DNA from: Candidatus Methylomirabilis oxygeniifera
Lineage (GTDB): Bacteria; Methylomirabilota; Methylomirabilia; Methylomirabilales; Methylomirabilaceae
Direction of reading: 5' to 3'
DNA: 32,000 nt
Assembly: GCA_000091165.1 (NCBI GenBank)
Contig: FP565575.1
Span: 1,440,001-1,472,000, forward strand
The notes beneath the pieces were generated by a model, which worked only from the letters and a program-made list of their open reading frames with translations, made no database searches and had not been told where the DNA came from. Shown piece by piece: positions 1-9,011 of the stretch (the first letter of the stretch is position 1; every line of letters starts with the position of its first letter). Made by a program: the position numbers and the translations under genes.

Positions 1-545
1 ACAACGGACGCCATCTCCTGTTGCGTGGACTGCTGCTTCAGGCGCAGACCGCCTTGGCCGTCATCTTCGGCCATCTCCAGGAGGTACTTCGCCACACGGC
101 TGGTCACGCTGCGAAACGACAGGTCCTCGACCTTACGGGTAAAGTAGCGGAGCTTTCCCGTAAACGCCTTGAGAAAGCCGATCGCAATGGCAGGATGCTC
201 TTCGACCAGGCGCCGCATCGCATCTCGCCGGATACCCCACAGCGCCGCCGGCTCCGCAGCCTGAGCGTTGGCAGGGTTCGGCCCGCCGTCGAAGATCGGG
301 ACCTCATTGAAACAATCGCCGGCCTCCGCAACCCGAAGGACCTGCTCACGCCCGTCAGGGGACAGCTTAAAGATCTTGACCTTGCCGGATCGAACCACGT
401 ACATCGCCTCGGCCGGCTCCCCTTCTGTAAACAGGAGTTCTCCCTTCTGCAACTGCACCTCAAAGACGTTGGCCCGGATACCCTCCAACGCTCGCGCATC
501 GAGGTCCTGGAAATACGGAATCGCCTTCAACTGCTCTGACAGCAT
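1..545 (-). CDS. Crp/Fnr-family cyclic nucleotide-binding-like transcriptional regulator (C-terminus truncated by window edge)
   Basis: Minus-strand translation reads MLSEQLKAIPYFQDLDARALEGIRANVFEVQLQKGELLFTEGEPAEAMYVVRSGKVKIFKLSPDGREQVLRVAEAGDCFNEVPIFDG...RVAKYLLEMAEDDGQGG...QQEMASV, a typical cNMP-binding fold plus the start of the HTH. It is missing from the ORF track because it is open at the edge. A GTG at 551 is an alternative start. Confidence 0.9.
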   Translation of the reverse strand, partial: MLSEQLKAIPYFQDLDARALEGIRANVFEVQLQKGELLFTEGEPAEAMYVVRSGKVKIFKLSPDGREQVLRVAEAGDCFNEVPIFDGGPNPANAQAAEPAALWGIRRDAMRRLVEEHPAIAIGFLKAFTGKLRYFTRKVEDLSFRSVTSRVAKYLLEMAEDDGQGGLRLKQQSTQQEMASV

Positions 546-837
546 GGCCACCCCTGGATGACACAACGAGGGATATCCCAACCACCCGGTATCATTGTAG
601 AAGGACGAACAGCGCAGGTCAATCGTTCTCCCGATTTGACCTGGAGAGGGTTTTCCGGTAGTTTCGATCCCAACAAAACCATAAGGGAAAAGGGTGGCGG
701 TCTAAGGAAAAGAACCGAACCTCTCGAACTCAAAAGGTCCCTTCACCTTCAAGGCTTTGACATTGCCACCGAAAAGTAAACGCGATATCAAGCAACTCAC
801 CCCCCATGACCATTGCCAATCGCATTCCCCGCATCGC

Positions 838-927
838 TCTCCGGTCGTAGAGTTTCATCGTGTGCGGGCTTTCATGGGCCGCAATGGCCTGTGCACCTTC
901 AATCGCTCCGGCGTTTAGCAATAAGCC
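838..927 (-). pseudogene. Tyrosine recombinase/integrase C-terminal relic
   Basis: Minus-strand GLLLNAGAIEGAQAIAAHESPHTMKLYDRR resembles the GGTIEHAQxIAAHESPRTTKLYDRT motif around the catalytic Tyr of tyrosine recombinases. No upstream catalytic domain remains. Confidence 0.6.
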
Positions 928-1119
928 CATAGCTACGGCAAACACCAACGGAAAAAACATCTAGCGCAGCGCATCTAACGCTTTTTTACATGTTCCGTTC
1001 GCCGTGAGCATGTCGAAAAGCTGCGAGAACGCCTCGATCATCCCATCGCGCCGATCATTGTCATCCGTGGGCCGTTTGCTTATCCTTGACGTAACGCATA
1101 CTTTACGCTACGTTGAGTA

Positions 1120-1404
1120 ATGATCGTCAGCTATCGGGACAAGCGCAGCAGAGACTTCGCGGCCGGCAAACGAGTCAAACCCTTCACCGGCTTCGAGCGC
1201 GCGGCGCGCCTGAAGCTCGACCGTCTCGATGTGGCCCTGTCGCTTCAAGACCTTGCCGCTCTGCCCGGTAACCATTTTGAGGCGCTGATGGGCGACCGTC
1301 GAGGCCAATATAGCATCCGCATCAACGACCAATGGCGAATATGCTTCGAATGGCCAGAACGCTCGCCGGGTCCCGTGAACGTAGAAATTGTGGACTACCA
1401 CTAG
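1120..1404 (+). CDS. higB: Type II toxin, HigB/RelE-like
   Basis: MIVSYRDKRSRDFAAGKRVKPFTGFERAARLKLDRLDVALSLQDLAALPGNHFEALMGDRRGQYSIRINDQWRICFEW matches the HigB family pattern and is adjacent to an XRE-type antitoxin. Confidence 0.9.
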   Translation: MIVSYRDKRSRDFAAGKRVKPFTGFERAARLKLDRLDVALSLQDLAALPGNHFEALMGDRRGQYSIRINDQWRICFEWPERSPGPVNVEIVDYH

Positions 1405-1410
1405 GAGGCT

Positions 1411-1743
1411 TTGAACATGCCGCGCATCCCCATCCATCCCGGTGAGCATCTCGCCGAAGAACTGACAGCGCTCAACATGAGCGCCGCCGAGCTTGCGCGC
1501 CACCTCAGCGTCCCGACCAACCGCATCACCGAGATACTCAACAGCCAGCGCGCTATCACGGGGGACACTGCCCTGCGTCTCGCACATTTCTTTGGGACCA
1601 GCGCGCAGTTTTGGCTGAACCTTCAGGGTCTCTACGAGTTGCGTCTCGCCGAGCAGAAGGTCGGAAAACAGATCAAGGCTCTTCCGACTCTCAAGCACCG
1701 CAAGACCAGGATCGGACCGCTCCACCAACCTGCCCATCTCTGA
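1411..1743 (+). CDS. higA: HigA-family antitoxin (XRE HTH)
   Basis: MPRIPIHPGEHLAEELTALNMSAAELARHLSVPTNRITEILNSQRAITGDTALRLAHFFGTSAQFWLNLQ is a classic HigA HTH, 6 nt downstream of the toxin gene. ATG at 1417 is an alternative start. Confidence 0.92.
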   Translation: MNMPRIPIHPGEHLAEELTALNMSAAELARHLSVPTNRITEILNSQRAITGDTALRLAHFFGTSAQFWLNLQGLYELRLAEQKVGKQIKALPTLKHRKTRIGPLHQPAHL

Positions 1744-2137
1744 CCCTACAGTGTCCGTACCCGTTCTAAACCCTCCTCGCATCATGCAGGCTTATTGCAT
1801 CCGGCCGCTACCCGATTTGTATATCTTGTATTTTTGAACCTAAGGTGCAAAACTGCACGGTATGAGATATCTCCAACAGCAACAGGCTGATCGTCTTCGG
1901 CTCCTCATCCGGTCATTCCCAGCCGTGCCCTTCGTCGGCTCCCAACGAGTACGGAAAGAGCGCGCTCATCGGTGAACTCGATCTGTTCTGAGGTTATTAC
2001 ATAGCCTTCTCAATCCGTTGATACCATGAATACTCGGATGGACATTCCGACTATTCATGGAGGTTGTAATACTTGGGAAGCTTGTGAGATAAACTCGACT
2101 TGAAACGTGCAACAAATATTCCATGCAGCCGCGCGGT

Positions 2138-2169
2138 GTCGGGTTGCGCTGCGCTAACCCGACCTACGG
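2138..2169. repeat. Dispersed palindromic repeat, copy 1 (GTCGGGTTGCGCTGCGCTAACCCGACCTACGG)
   Basis: 31/32 nt identity with 12579..12610. The arms GTCGGGTT / AACCCGAC are inverted. Confidence 0.75.
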
Positions 2170-2208
2170 CTGAGGGCTGACTGCTATTTTCTGAGAAAGG
2201 ACCGGAAT

Positions 2209-2751
2209 ATGGGACGCCATCTTTTCGGTTTGCGATCCGCGATAGTTGTCATTCTCATCATTTTTGAATTAGTGATAGGTGGCACATCCGACGGAGCCGA
2301 CCTGTGGGCGGCTGATGTGCAAGCCGAGGTCGGCCACCTCGCGCCTGACTTTACACTGAAGACGTTTGAGGGCAGCACTGTTCGGCTCTCGGATTTTCGC
2401 GGCAAGAAGGTGGTGTTGATTAATTTCTGGGCTACCTGGTGTCCCCCTTGCCGGTTGGAGATGCCGACAATGCAACAGATCTACGCTGAGTATAAGGACA
2501 GAGGGTTCGAGATTCTCGCAGTCAACATCGAGTCCGACGCCAAACAAGAGGTCAGTGACTTCGTGAAGGAGCTTCGCCTGACCTTTCCCATTCTATCGGA
2601 CCCTGATATGAAGATCACTCGTAAGTTCCGGGTCATCGGGCTTCCCGTCTCCGTCTTGATCGATCGTCAAGGGATCGTTCGCGCGAAGGAGATCGGATAC
2701 CATGACTGGACCAGCCGGGTTTCTCGAAAGCTGGTCGAGGGTCTTCTGTAG
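2209..2751 (+). CDS. TlpA/ResA-like thioredoxin-fold redox protein, membrane anchored or exported
   Basis: N-terminal hydrophobic segment, then APDFTLKTFEGSTVRLSDFRGKKVVLINFWATWCPPCRLEMPTMQQIYAEYK with a WCPPC active site. Confidence 0.9.
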   Translation: MGRHLFGLRSAIVVILIIFELVIGGTSDGADLWAADVQAEVGHLAPDFTLKTFEGSTVRLSDFRGKKVVLINFWATWCPPCRLEMPTMQQIYAEYKDRGFEILAVNIESDAKQEVSDFVKELRLTFPILSDPDMKITRKFRVIGLPVSVLIDRQGIVRAKEIGYHDWTSRVSRKLVEGLL

Positions 2752-3181
2752 GGGCGGACGGCAATCGACTCCGCTTAATCTCGCCGTACATCCCTGTACG
2801 GCTCGAATCGTCGCTGGCAGACTGCGCTGTCCGTGCTTCGCCTGCCGGCGACGACGCTTCGCCAACCGCCGTCCAGCCCATGGCTCATATAGCCCGCACT
2901 TCTCTTAAGCATCGCCCTCATTGCGCTGCCTAGAAGATAATCAATTCTTGTTGGTGGTCCTCCCCTTCATGTAGACAATAGCCATACTGTTGCCTTCATG
3001 CCTGGTGGGATAACATCGCGTGTTTTCGATGCTTTTCTCCAGTTCCTGCTACGCTTTGCATCGGTGGCTCGACCGGTAATTCGCTATGACGGGAGGCTGG
3101 CGCGCTTCTTGCGAGCGCATCAATTCGACTCGGTCAACGGGGACTTCCTAAGCAGTCACACCCAAAGAGGGGGAGGGATTC

Positions 3182-4558
3182 ATGAGAATGAAGTTGAAAC
3201 GGCTTACGGCAACCGGACTGGCAGTAACTGGGGCGCTTCTCCTAACCGCCGCAATCGCGGCGCCCGCGGCATGGGCTCAGGACGCCAAGGAACGAGAGAT
3301 CAAAGAGCTGCGGGCGCTGGTAGAAAAGCTGGGACAGCGTCTGAACCAGCTTGAAAATCAGGTTGGCTCCAAGAAGGACGTAGCCGCCGCGGCCGCGCCT
3401 GGAGCGCCCGGTGAGGCCGCTCAAAGCCTGGGCGATCGGATCAAGAATCTGGAAGAGGCGCTCAAGACGACCCCGATTTTGAACACCATGAAGGACTGGC
3501 AACTCGGGGGGCATGTTGCCGTCTCCTATAACTATAACTTCAGAGATCCGAAATCTCAGAACAATGGTCTCAGACTCTTCGATGACAAGGCCAACCAGTT
3601 TGACATCAACCAGGCCGAGTTTTACGTCGAAAAGCCGACCAGCGAGGCGTCGCCCGCCGGCTTTGGCTTTGACGTCGTCCTCGGGAGGGATGCGAAGAAG
3701 ATTCATTCAACAGGGCTTGGCGAAACCAATCAGCCGTTTGACCTGACGCAGGCCTATGTCACCTACAAGGTGCCCATCGGCAGGGGCCTGGATCTCAAAG
3801 GCGGAAAGTTCGTGACGCTGCATGGCGCCGAGGTGATCCGGCGAACCGGTAACTTTAACATCTCGCGGTCGATGGCCTTCTCCTACGCCATCCCCTTCAC
3901 CCACACGGGTGTGATGGCAACCTATCCTGTCACCGACTGGCTCTCGACAACCCTTGGTATTGTGAACGGCTGGGATAATACGGATGACAACAATAGGGGT
4001 AAGTCGTTCCATGGTGCAGCCACTGTTACCCCACCCTTCATCAAGGATCTGACACTGACCCTTGGCGGGTCATGGGGGGCCGAAACAGTCTCCGCTGCGC
4101 TCGACCCTGCTCGCGACGTGAATCGCAACGGTCCGAAGCGCGGCCTCATCGATTTCATCGCCACCTATAAGCCGATCGCGCCGCTCACCCTTACCCTGAA
4201 CTACGACTACGGGAGGCAGGAGGAAGCCTTCTTTGATGACGGCGATACGGCGGTCTGGCACGCGGTGGCAGCCTATGCCATGTACGATATTACCGACAGG
4301 CTCACCGTCGGCGTACGGGGCGAGTACTTCAAGGACCAGGATGGTTTTCGGCTCCCTGGTGCAACAGCGGGTAAAAATCTGTCGGTCTGGGGAACGACGC
4401 TTACCGGTCGATACAAGCTGTTCGATCACCTGTTCGCCAATCTTGAGTATCGGCACGATCAGGCCAGACACGGCCAAGAGATCTTTGACAGAGACAAAGG
4501 CGACGGAAAGGTCAAGTCGCAAAATACGGTTCAAGGTGAGTTGATCTACCAGTTCTGA
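3182..4558 (+). CDS. Outer-membrane beta-barrel porin (BBP2/OmpL-like) with N-terminal coiled coil
   Basis: Signal peptide ending ...AAPAAWAQ, coiled coil KEREIKELRALVEKLGQRLNQLENQ, then long alternating amphipathic beta strands ending in an aromatic C-terminus (GELIYQF). RBS GGAGGG upstream. Confidence 0.8.
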   Translation: MRMKLKRLTATGLAVTGALLLTAAIAAPAAWAQDAKEREIKELRALVEKLGQRLNQLENQVGSKKDVAAAAAPGAPGEAAQSLGDRIKNLEEALKTTPILNTMKDWQLGGHVAVSYNYNFRDPKSQNNGLRLFDDKANQFDINQAEFYVEKPTSEASPAGFGFDVVLGRDAKKIHSTGLGETNQPFDLTQAYVTYKVPIGRGLDLKGGKFVTLHGAEVIRRTGNFNISRSMAFSYAIPFTHTGVMATYPVTDWLSTTLGIVNGWDNTDDNNRGKSFHGAATVTPPFIKDLTLTLGGSWGAETVSAALDPARDVNRNGPKRGLIDFIATYKPIAPLTLTLNYDYGRQEEAFFDDGDTAVWHAVAAYAMYDITDRLTVGVRGEYFKDQDGFRLPGATAGKNLSVWGTTLTGRYKLFDHLFANLEYRHDQARHGQEIFDRDKGDGKVKSQNTVQGELIYQF

Positions 4559-4572
4559 GTGTAACGGGCGAC

Positions 4573-4602
4573 GGCGACTGCCTCGAAGGTGAGGCAGTCG
4601 CC
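4573..4602 (+). promoter_or_regulatory. Strong intergenic hairpin between porin and amt genes
   Basis: GGCGACTGCCTC-GAAGGT-GAGGCAGTCGCC: perfect 12-bp stem with a 6-nt loop, no U-tract after it. Confidence 0.7.
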
Positions 4603-4655
4603 CGAATCTCACAGCGGCGTGTGGACGCGCGTTGAAGCAAGTGAGGAGGACAGAG

Positions 4656-6200
4656 ATGTTCACACAATTGAGGCGACAAGCGGTTCTGGTGGCGGTCTTT
4701 ATGGCCGTCATGTCCGTCGGTTTGACGTCCACCCTTTGGGCTCAGGAGGCGCCCGCACCGGCAGCCACAGCGGTCACCGAAACCGTCACCTTCACCAAGG
4801 AGATGGCTGACGCCATTAAGGATTACAAAATCGCAGTTGATACCCTCTGGGTCATGATTGCGGCATTCCTGGTCTTCTTCATGAATCTCGGATTCGCCAT
4901 GGTAGAATCCGGACTCTGCCGCGCTAAGAACACCGTCAATATCCTCTCTAAGAACTTCATTGTCTTTGCTATCTCCTCGCTTGCCTTCTATATCCTTGGA
5001 TGGGGACTCATGTTCGGCGACGGCAATGCCTTCGTGGGCCTGAAGGGACTGTGGTTCGCAAGCGGGGCCGACAACAGTCCGGCCATGGGCGACGCCTACC
5101 AGGGGGCCTATAGCGCCATCAACTGGACCGGTGTCCCGTTCTGGGCCAAATTCTTCTTTCAGCTTGTCTTCGCCGGGACGGCGGCGACCATCGTATCCGG
5201 CGCAGTGGCCGAACGGATCAAGTTTCATGCGTTCATTGTCTTCACATTCGTCATCGTCGGCGTCATCTACCCGGTTGTCGGTCACTGGGTCTGGGGCGGA
5301 GGGTGGCTGCAGAAGCTCGGCATGTGGGACTTCGCCGGCTCAACGGTTGTCCATTCGGTTGGAGGATGGGCGGCACTGGCCGGCATTCTGGTCCTGGGCC
5401 CCAGAATCGGGAAGTATGCGAAAGACGGCAAAGTCAATCCGATACCGGGCCACAGCATGACAGCCGCCACAATGGGCGCCCTCGTCCTGTGGTTCGGGTG
5501 GTTTGGCTTTAATCCGGGAAGTACGATGGCCGCGTCCTGGAACGATATCTCCCGCATTGCGGTGACCACGAACAGCGCGGCGGCGGCGGCGGCCTTCAGC
5601 GCCACCCTTGCTGCGTGGCTCCTCATCGGTAAACCCGATCTGTCGATGACCCTGAACGGAGCCTTGGCCGGACTCGTCGCCATTACGGCTCCCTGTGCGT
5701 ATGTGAGTGTCGGCAGTTCGGTCATTATCGGTCTCATTGCAGGGGTCGTGGTGGTCGCGGCAGTCCTGATGTTCGACAATGTGAAGATCGATGATCCCGT
5801 CGGCGCGACCTCCGTCCACCTGGTGTGCGGGATCATGGGCACCCTGTTCGTCGGTCTGTTCGCTCAGGACAGTATCATGCCCAAGACGACCGGCAACGGG
5901 CTCTTCTTCGGAGGTGGGTTGACGCTCCTGAAGGCTCAGGCGATCGCGGTCCTTGGCGTCGGTCTATTTTCCTTCACGATCTCACTGGCAGCCTGGGCCG
6001 TCATCAAGATGGTGATGGGGATACGCGTCAGTCCGGAAGAGGAAATGGAAGGGCTCGACTACGGCGAGCACGGGATGCTGGCGTATCCGGACTTTCAGTC
6101 GGTGACCCACTCCATAGGGACACCAGGATCAATTACGACGTCCGGATATCATGAGGTGAGCCCGGTCGCGATCCCAAAAAGGGCTCCGGCGCACCAATAG
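4656..6200 (+). CDS. amtB: Ammonium transporter (Amt/MEP/Rh family)
   Basis: Signal-like N-terminus, then MIAAFLVFFMNLGFAMVESGLCRAKNTVNILSKN, GAVAERIKFHAF, YPVVGHWVWGGGWL, DFAGSTVVHSVGG. Start at 4656 is preceded by GTGAGGAGG. Confidence 0.95.
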   Translation: MFTQLRRQAVLVAVFMAVMSVGLTSTLWAQEAPAPAATAVTETVTFTKEMADAIKDYKIAVDTLWVMIAAFLVFFMNLGFAMVESGLCRAKNTVNILSKNFIVFAISSLAFYILGWGLMFGDGNAFVGLKGLWFASGADNSPAMGDAYQGAYSAINWTGVPFWAKFFFQLVFAGTAATIVSGAVAERIKFHAFIVFTFVIVGVIYPVVGHWVWGGGWLQKLGMWDFAGSTVVHSVGGWAALAGILVLGPRIGKYAKDGKVNPIPGHSMTAATMGALVLWFGWFGFNPGSTMAASWNDISRIAVTTNSAAAAAAFSATLAAWLLIGKPDLSMTLNGALAGLVAITAPCAYVSVGSSVIIGLIAGVVVVAAVLMFDNVKIDDPVGATSVHLVCGIMGTLFVGLFAQDSIMPKTTGNGLFFGGGLTLLKAQAIAVLGVGLFSFTISLAAWAVIKMVMGIRVSPEEEMEGLDYGEHGMLAYPDFQSVTHSIGTPGSITTSGYHEVSPVAIPKRAPAHQ

Positions 6201-6224
6201 CATTGCATTCTCCCCTCTACTACC

Positions 6225-6812
6225 ATGCGAAAAACGGTAGTGATCATCGACGATAGCCCTAGATCGCGGGGACCATTGGGCAATGTACTCACACGGCTTG
6301 GGTTCGAGGTGGTCGCAGAGGGAGCAAACGGAGCTGAAGCTCAACGCCTCGCCCAAATGCTGAAACCTGATGTGCTATTTCTGGCGGTGAGTCTCCCGGA
6401 TATGGATGGCCTGACAGTGGCTGCTCATATCCTGGAGACCGTACCGCTTCCGATTCTGATCCTGAGCAACCACCTCGACGAGGGGTTGATCCGCCGAGCC
6501 AAGAAGGTCGGAGTGATGGCGCACCTGCTGAAACCGCTGCGTGAGGAGGAGTTGCTGCCGGCTATCGAACTGGCGATCTCCCGGTTCGAAGAGTGCAACA
6601 CCCTCCGAAAAGAGAACGCAGACCTCAAGCGAAACCTTGAGGATCGGAAGTTGATCGAGCGCGCAAAGGGGATTCTGATGGAACGGGAACGGATCTCCGA
6701 ACAGCAGGCGTTTGCGCGGATCCAAAAAACCAGCATGAACACGCGGCGATCAATGGCCGAGATTGCGCAGGCTATCCTGCTGAGCGAAGCGGTCATCGGT
6801 AGGGCGTGTTAG
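6225..6812 (+). CDS. Response regulator with REC + ANTAR output (NasT/AmiR-type antiterminator)
   Basis: REC domain (VVIIDDSPRSRG...) then LEDRKLIERAKGILMERERISEQQAFARIQKTSMNTRRSMAEIAQAILL, the ANTAR signature. Only 24 nt after the amt gene. Confidence 0.92.
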   Translation: MRKTVVIIDDSPRSRGPLGNVLTRLGFEVVAEGANGAEAQRLAQMLKPDVLFLAVSLPDMDGLTVAAHILETVPLPILILSNHLDEGLIRRAKKVGVMAHLLKPLREEELLPAIELAISRFEECNTLRKENADLKRNLEDRKLIERAKGILMERERISEQQAFARIQKTSMNTRRSMAEIAQAILLSEAVIGRAC

Positions 6813-6932
6813 ATGAAGGGGCCATTGCGGTCAACCGCAGCGCCGTTGCTGCGTGGGACGACGATATATACGATCAACGGTGATCGTCGGACATGTGATA
6901 CATGATGATGGGATAGCGTAAGGATACCTACA

Positions 6933-7394
6933 ATGTCAGGGGTTCTCCACCCTCTCTCCGTACATTTGCCTATCGCCATGCTGTTCATGGCGTTTATGAC
7001 GATGTGTTATTGGCTGGTCAGGGGGTTGGCCACGTCGGTCTTTGAGAATCGGATCTACAGCCTGACGCGCTTTAATACCGCTGCCGGGTTGGTGTTCGTC
7101 CTCCTTTCCATGGCCACAGGATTCCGGGATGTCCTCGCCGGTTATTGGATCGCGTTCAATTCGCCTCTAGGAAAGTGGTTGTATGTCAAAGTCGTCCTGG
7201 CGCTGCTGATCGTCATCACGTACAGCGCCTTCCTCTGGCAGAGCCGCAAGAAGCCCCAGTACCTTCAAGAAGATCCAAAGATCATGACCTGGTGTCTCAC
7301 CACTCAACTGGTGGGCTTCCTGCTGGTGTTGACCGTCACCGCGCTCGGAACCATGCTGGTGTTCTATCCCCATCTCCTGGCGTACAGCGGATAA
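6933..7394 (+). CDS. DUF2231-like predicted membrane protein
   Basis: MSGVLHPLSVHLPIAMLFMAFM... with four hydrophobic helices; HPLxVHLPIA start pattern. Confidence 0.7.
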   Translation: MSGVLHPLSVHLPIAMLFMAFMTMCYWLVRGLATSVFENRIYSLTRFNTAAGLVFVLLSMATGFRDVLAGYWIAFNSPLGKWLYVKVVLALLIVITYSAFLWQSRKKPQYLQEDPKIMTWCLTTQLVGFLLVLTVTALGTMLVFYPHLLAYSG

Positions 7395-7475
7395 GATGAT
7401 CGGACGACATGGCGCGCATCCGGCGTTTCTCATATCACGGACTTGGGCGACTCAACGGATGAAAGGAATAATCGC

Positions 7476-8804
7476 ATGAACCGAAAGCCCGCGCAGATCG
7501 TGGTATTAGGAGGAGGGTTCGGCGGCCTGTACGCCGCCATGACGCTTCAGCGAGAACTGGCCGGGTCCGACCTGGCTCAGGTGACGCTTGTGGATCGGCG
7601 TAACTATTTCACCTTTACGCCGTTCCTGCCGGAGGTGGCGGCAGGAACCCTCGGTCGGGCGCATGTCACCTACCCCTTGCGGTTCCTGGCTCAGAAAGGC
7701 GAGTTTCGCTTCATTCAGGGAACCGTTCAGGCCTTTAACCTGGTCAAGCGTACGATCCGAACGGAGACCACAACCATCCCCTACGATTATCTGATTGTGT
7801 CGCTGGGGGGCGTACCCTCGTTCTTCGGCAACCCCCAGATCGAGGCCCATGCGCTGACGCTCAACTCGGTTGATGATGCGCTTGGCATTCGAAACCATGT
7901 GATCAGGCTCTTTGAACAGGCCGTAGTCGAGCCGGATCCGATCCGGCGGCGCCAGCTCTTGACCTTTGTCGTGGCCGGAGCCGGGCCCTGTGGCGTTGAG
8001 CTGGCCGCTGAGTTGCACCACCTGATCCGGACCGCCCTCCTCAAGTTCTATCCGGTCGATCCATCCGAGATCAGAATCGTGTTAGTGTCCAAGGGCGAAC
8101 GGATTCTCCCTGACTTCGCCGGCAAGCTGGCGGACACCGGACAGCAGGCGCTGATCAAACGAGGGATTGATGTCAAGTCGAACACTCGGGTGACCGGGGC
8201 AAGTGCGGAATATGTGGAGCTAAACGATCGCGAGATCATCCCCACCCGTACTACCATCTGGGCGGCCGGGGTTACTCCGAATCCCGTCCTGGCCCTGTTG
8301 CCGGCCACAAAGAGCCCGCAGGGAGGTATTGTCGTCGATGAGTTCCTCAAGATCCCTGAATTCCCGGAGGTGTATGTCATCGGGGATGGCGCATCCGTCA
8401 TGGACCGACGCCAGGGGCGACCGTATCCGGCCCTGGCGCCGGTAGCCATTCGTCAAGGGATTCGGGCCGCCGGCAATATCATGAATACCCTCCAGGGAAG
8501 AGCCAGGGAGCCGTTTCGATTCGACTTTACCGGTAATATCGTGGGGCTCGGTTGCGGGATGGCGCTTGTGAATCTACTGGGCATCAAGTTCCATGGCCGA
8601 CTGGGGTGGTGGCTCTACCGGATGGCCCACCTGCAGCGACTGGTCAGCTTCAGGAACAAGGCGTCACTCGCCCTGACCCTGGCGCTCAATACGATCTTTG
8701 ATCGGGACATCTCCTGCGAAACCTGGCCGGAGACCGACCAACGCATGAACAGCACGAGGGCATCATCGACCCTCCCGAATTCAGGCGCACCGGTCGCCTC
8801 CTGA
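7476..8804 (+). CDS. NDH-2-like FAD-dependent pyridine nucleotide-disulfide oxidoreductase
   Basis: QIVVLGGGFGGLYAAMTLQREL, VVAGAGPCGVELAAELHHLIR, YVIGDGASV, IRQGIRAAGNI; typical of type II NADH dehydrogenases. ATG at 7476 is preferred over the upstream TTG at 7443. Confidence 0.9.
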   Translation: MNRKPAQIVVLGGGFGGLYAAMTLQRELAGSDLAQVTLVDRRNYFTFTPFLPEVAAGTLGRAHVTYPLRFLAQKGEFRFIQGTVQAFNLVKRTIRTETTTIPYDYLIVSLGGVPSFFGNPQIEAHALTLNSVDDALGIRNHVIRLFEQAVVEPDPIRRRQLLTFVVAGAGPCGVELAAELHHLIRTALLKFYPVDPSEIRIVLVSKGERILPDFAGKLADTGQQALIKRGIDVKSNTRVTGASAEYVELNDREIIPTRTTIWAAGVTPNPVLALLPATKSPQGGIVVDEFLKIPEFPEVYVIGDGASVMDRRQGRPYPALAPVAIRQGIRAAGNIMNTLQGRAREPFRFDFTGNIVGLGCGMALVNLLGIKFHGRLGWWLYRMAHLQRLVSFRNKASLALTLALNTIFDRDISCETWPETDQRMNSTRASSTLPNSGAPVAS

Positions 8805-9011
8805 ATCAACTGTCAGAACACACCTCCGACCTGACCGAATTCGGCTGACTTATCGAGAACGTCATCGACCCCGGCCTCGCCCCTCTTCCGCTTGACCACA
8901 ACAAGGAATCCCCGTATCTTCATTATTGCTGGCTGATGTCCCGAAAGGCTGTTCTGTTGTCCAAACAAGGGGCCGCGGTCTGCGCCTGGTTGCGGGGGAG
9001 AAATCACACAG

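Noticed and set aside
21-539. 172-aa plus-strand ORF opposite the Crp/Fnr gene
   Set aside because: Composition is low-complexity antisense translation. The minus strand gives a well-conserved cNMP-binding protein.
1080-1119. Operator for HigBA (CGTAA...TTACG)
   Set aside because: Only 5-bp arms; too weak to report as a feature.
4585-4590. GAAGGT loop of the porin-amt hairpin as an ANTAR loop
   Set aside because: Has G at position 4 but G, not A, at position 1, and no paired second hairpin was found.
4512-5285. 257-aa minus-strand ORF over the amt gene
   Set aside because: Antisense shadow of the Amt coding sequence (His/Asp/Gly-rich). No recognisable domain.
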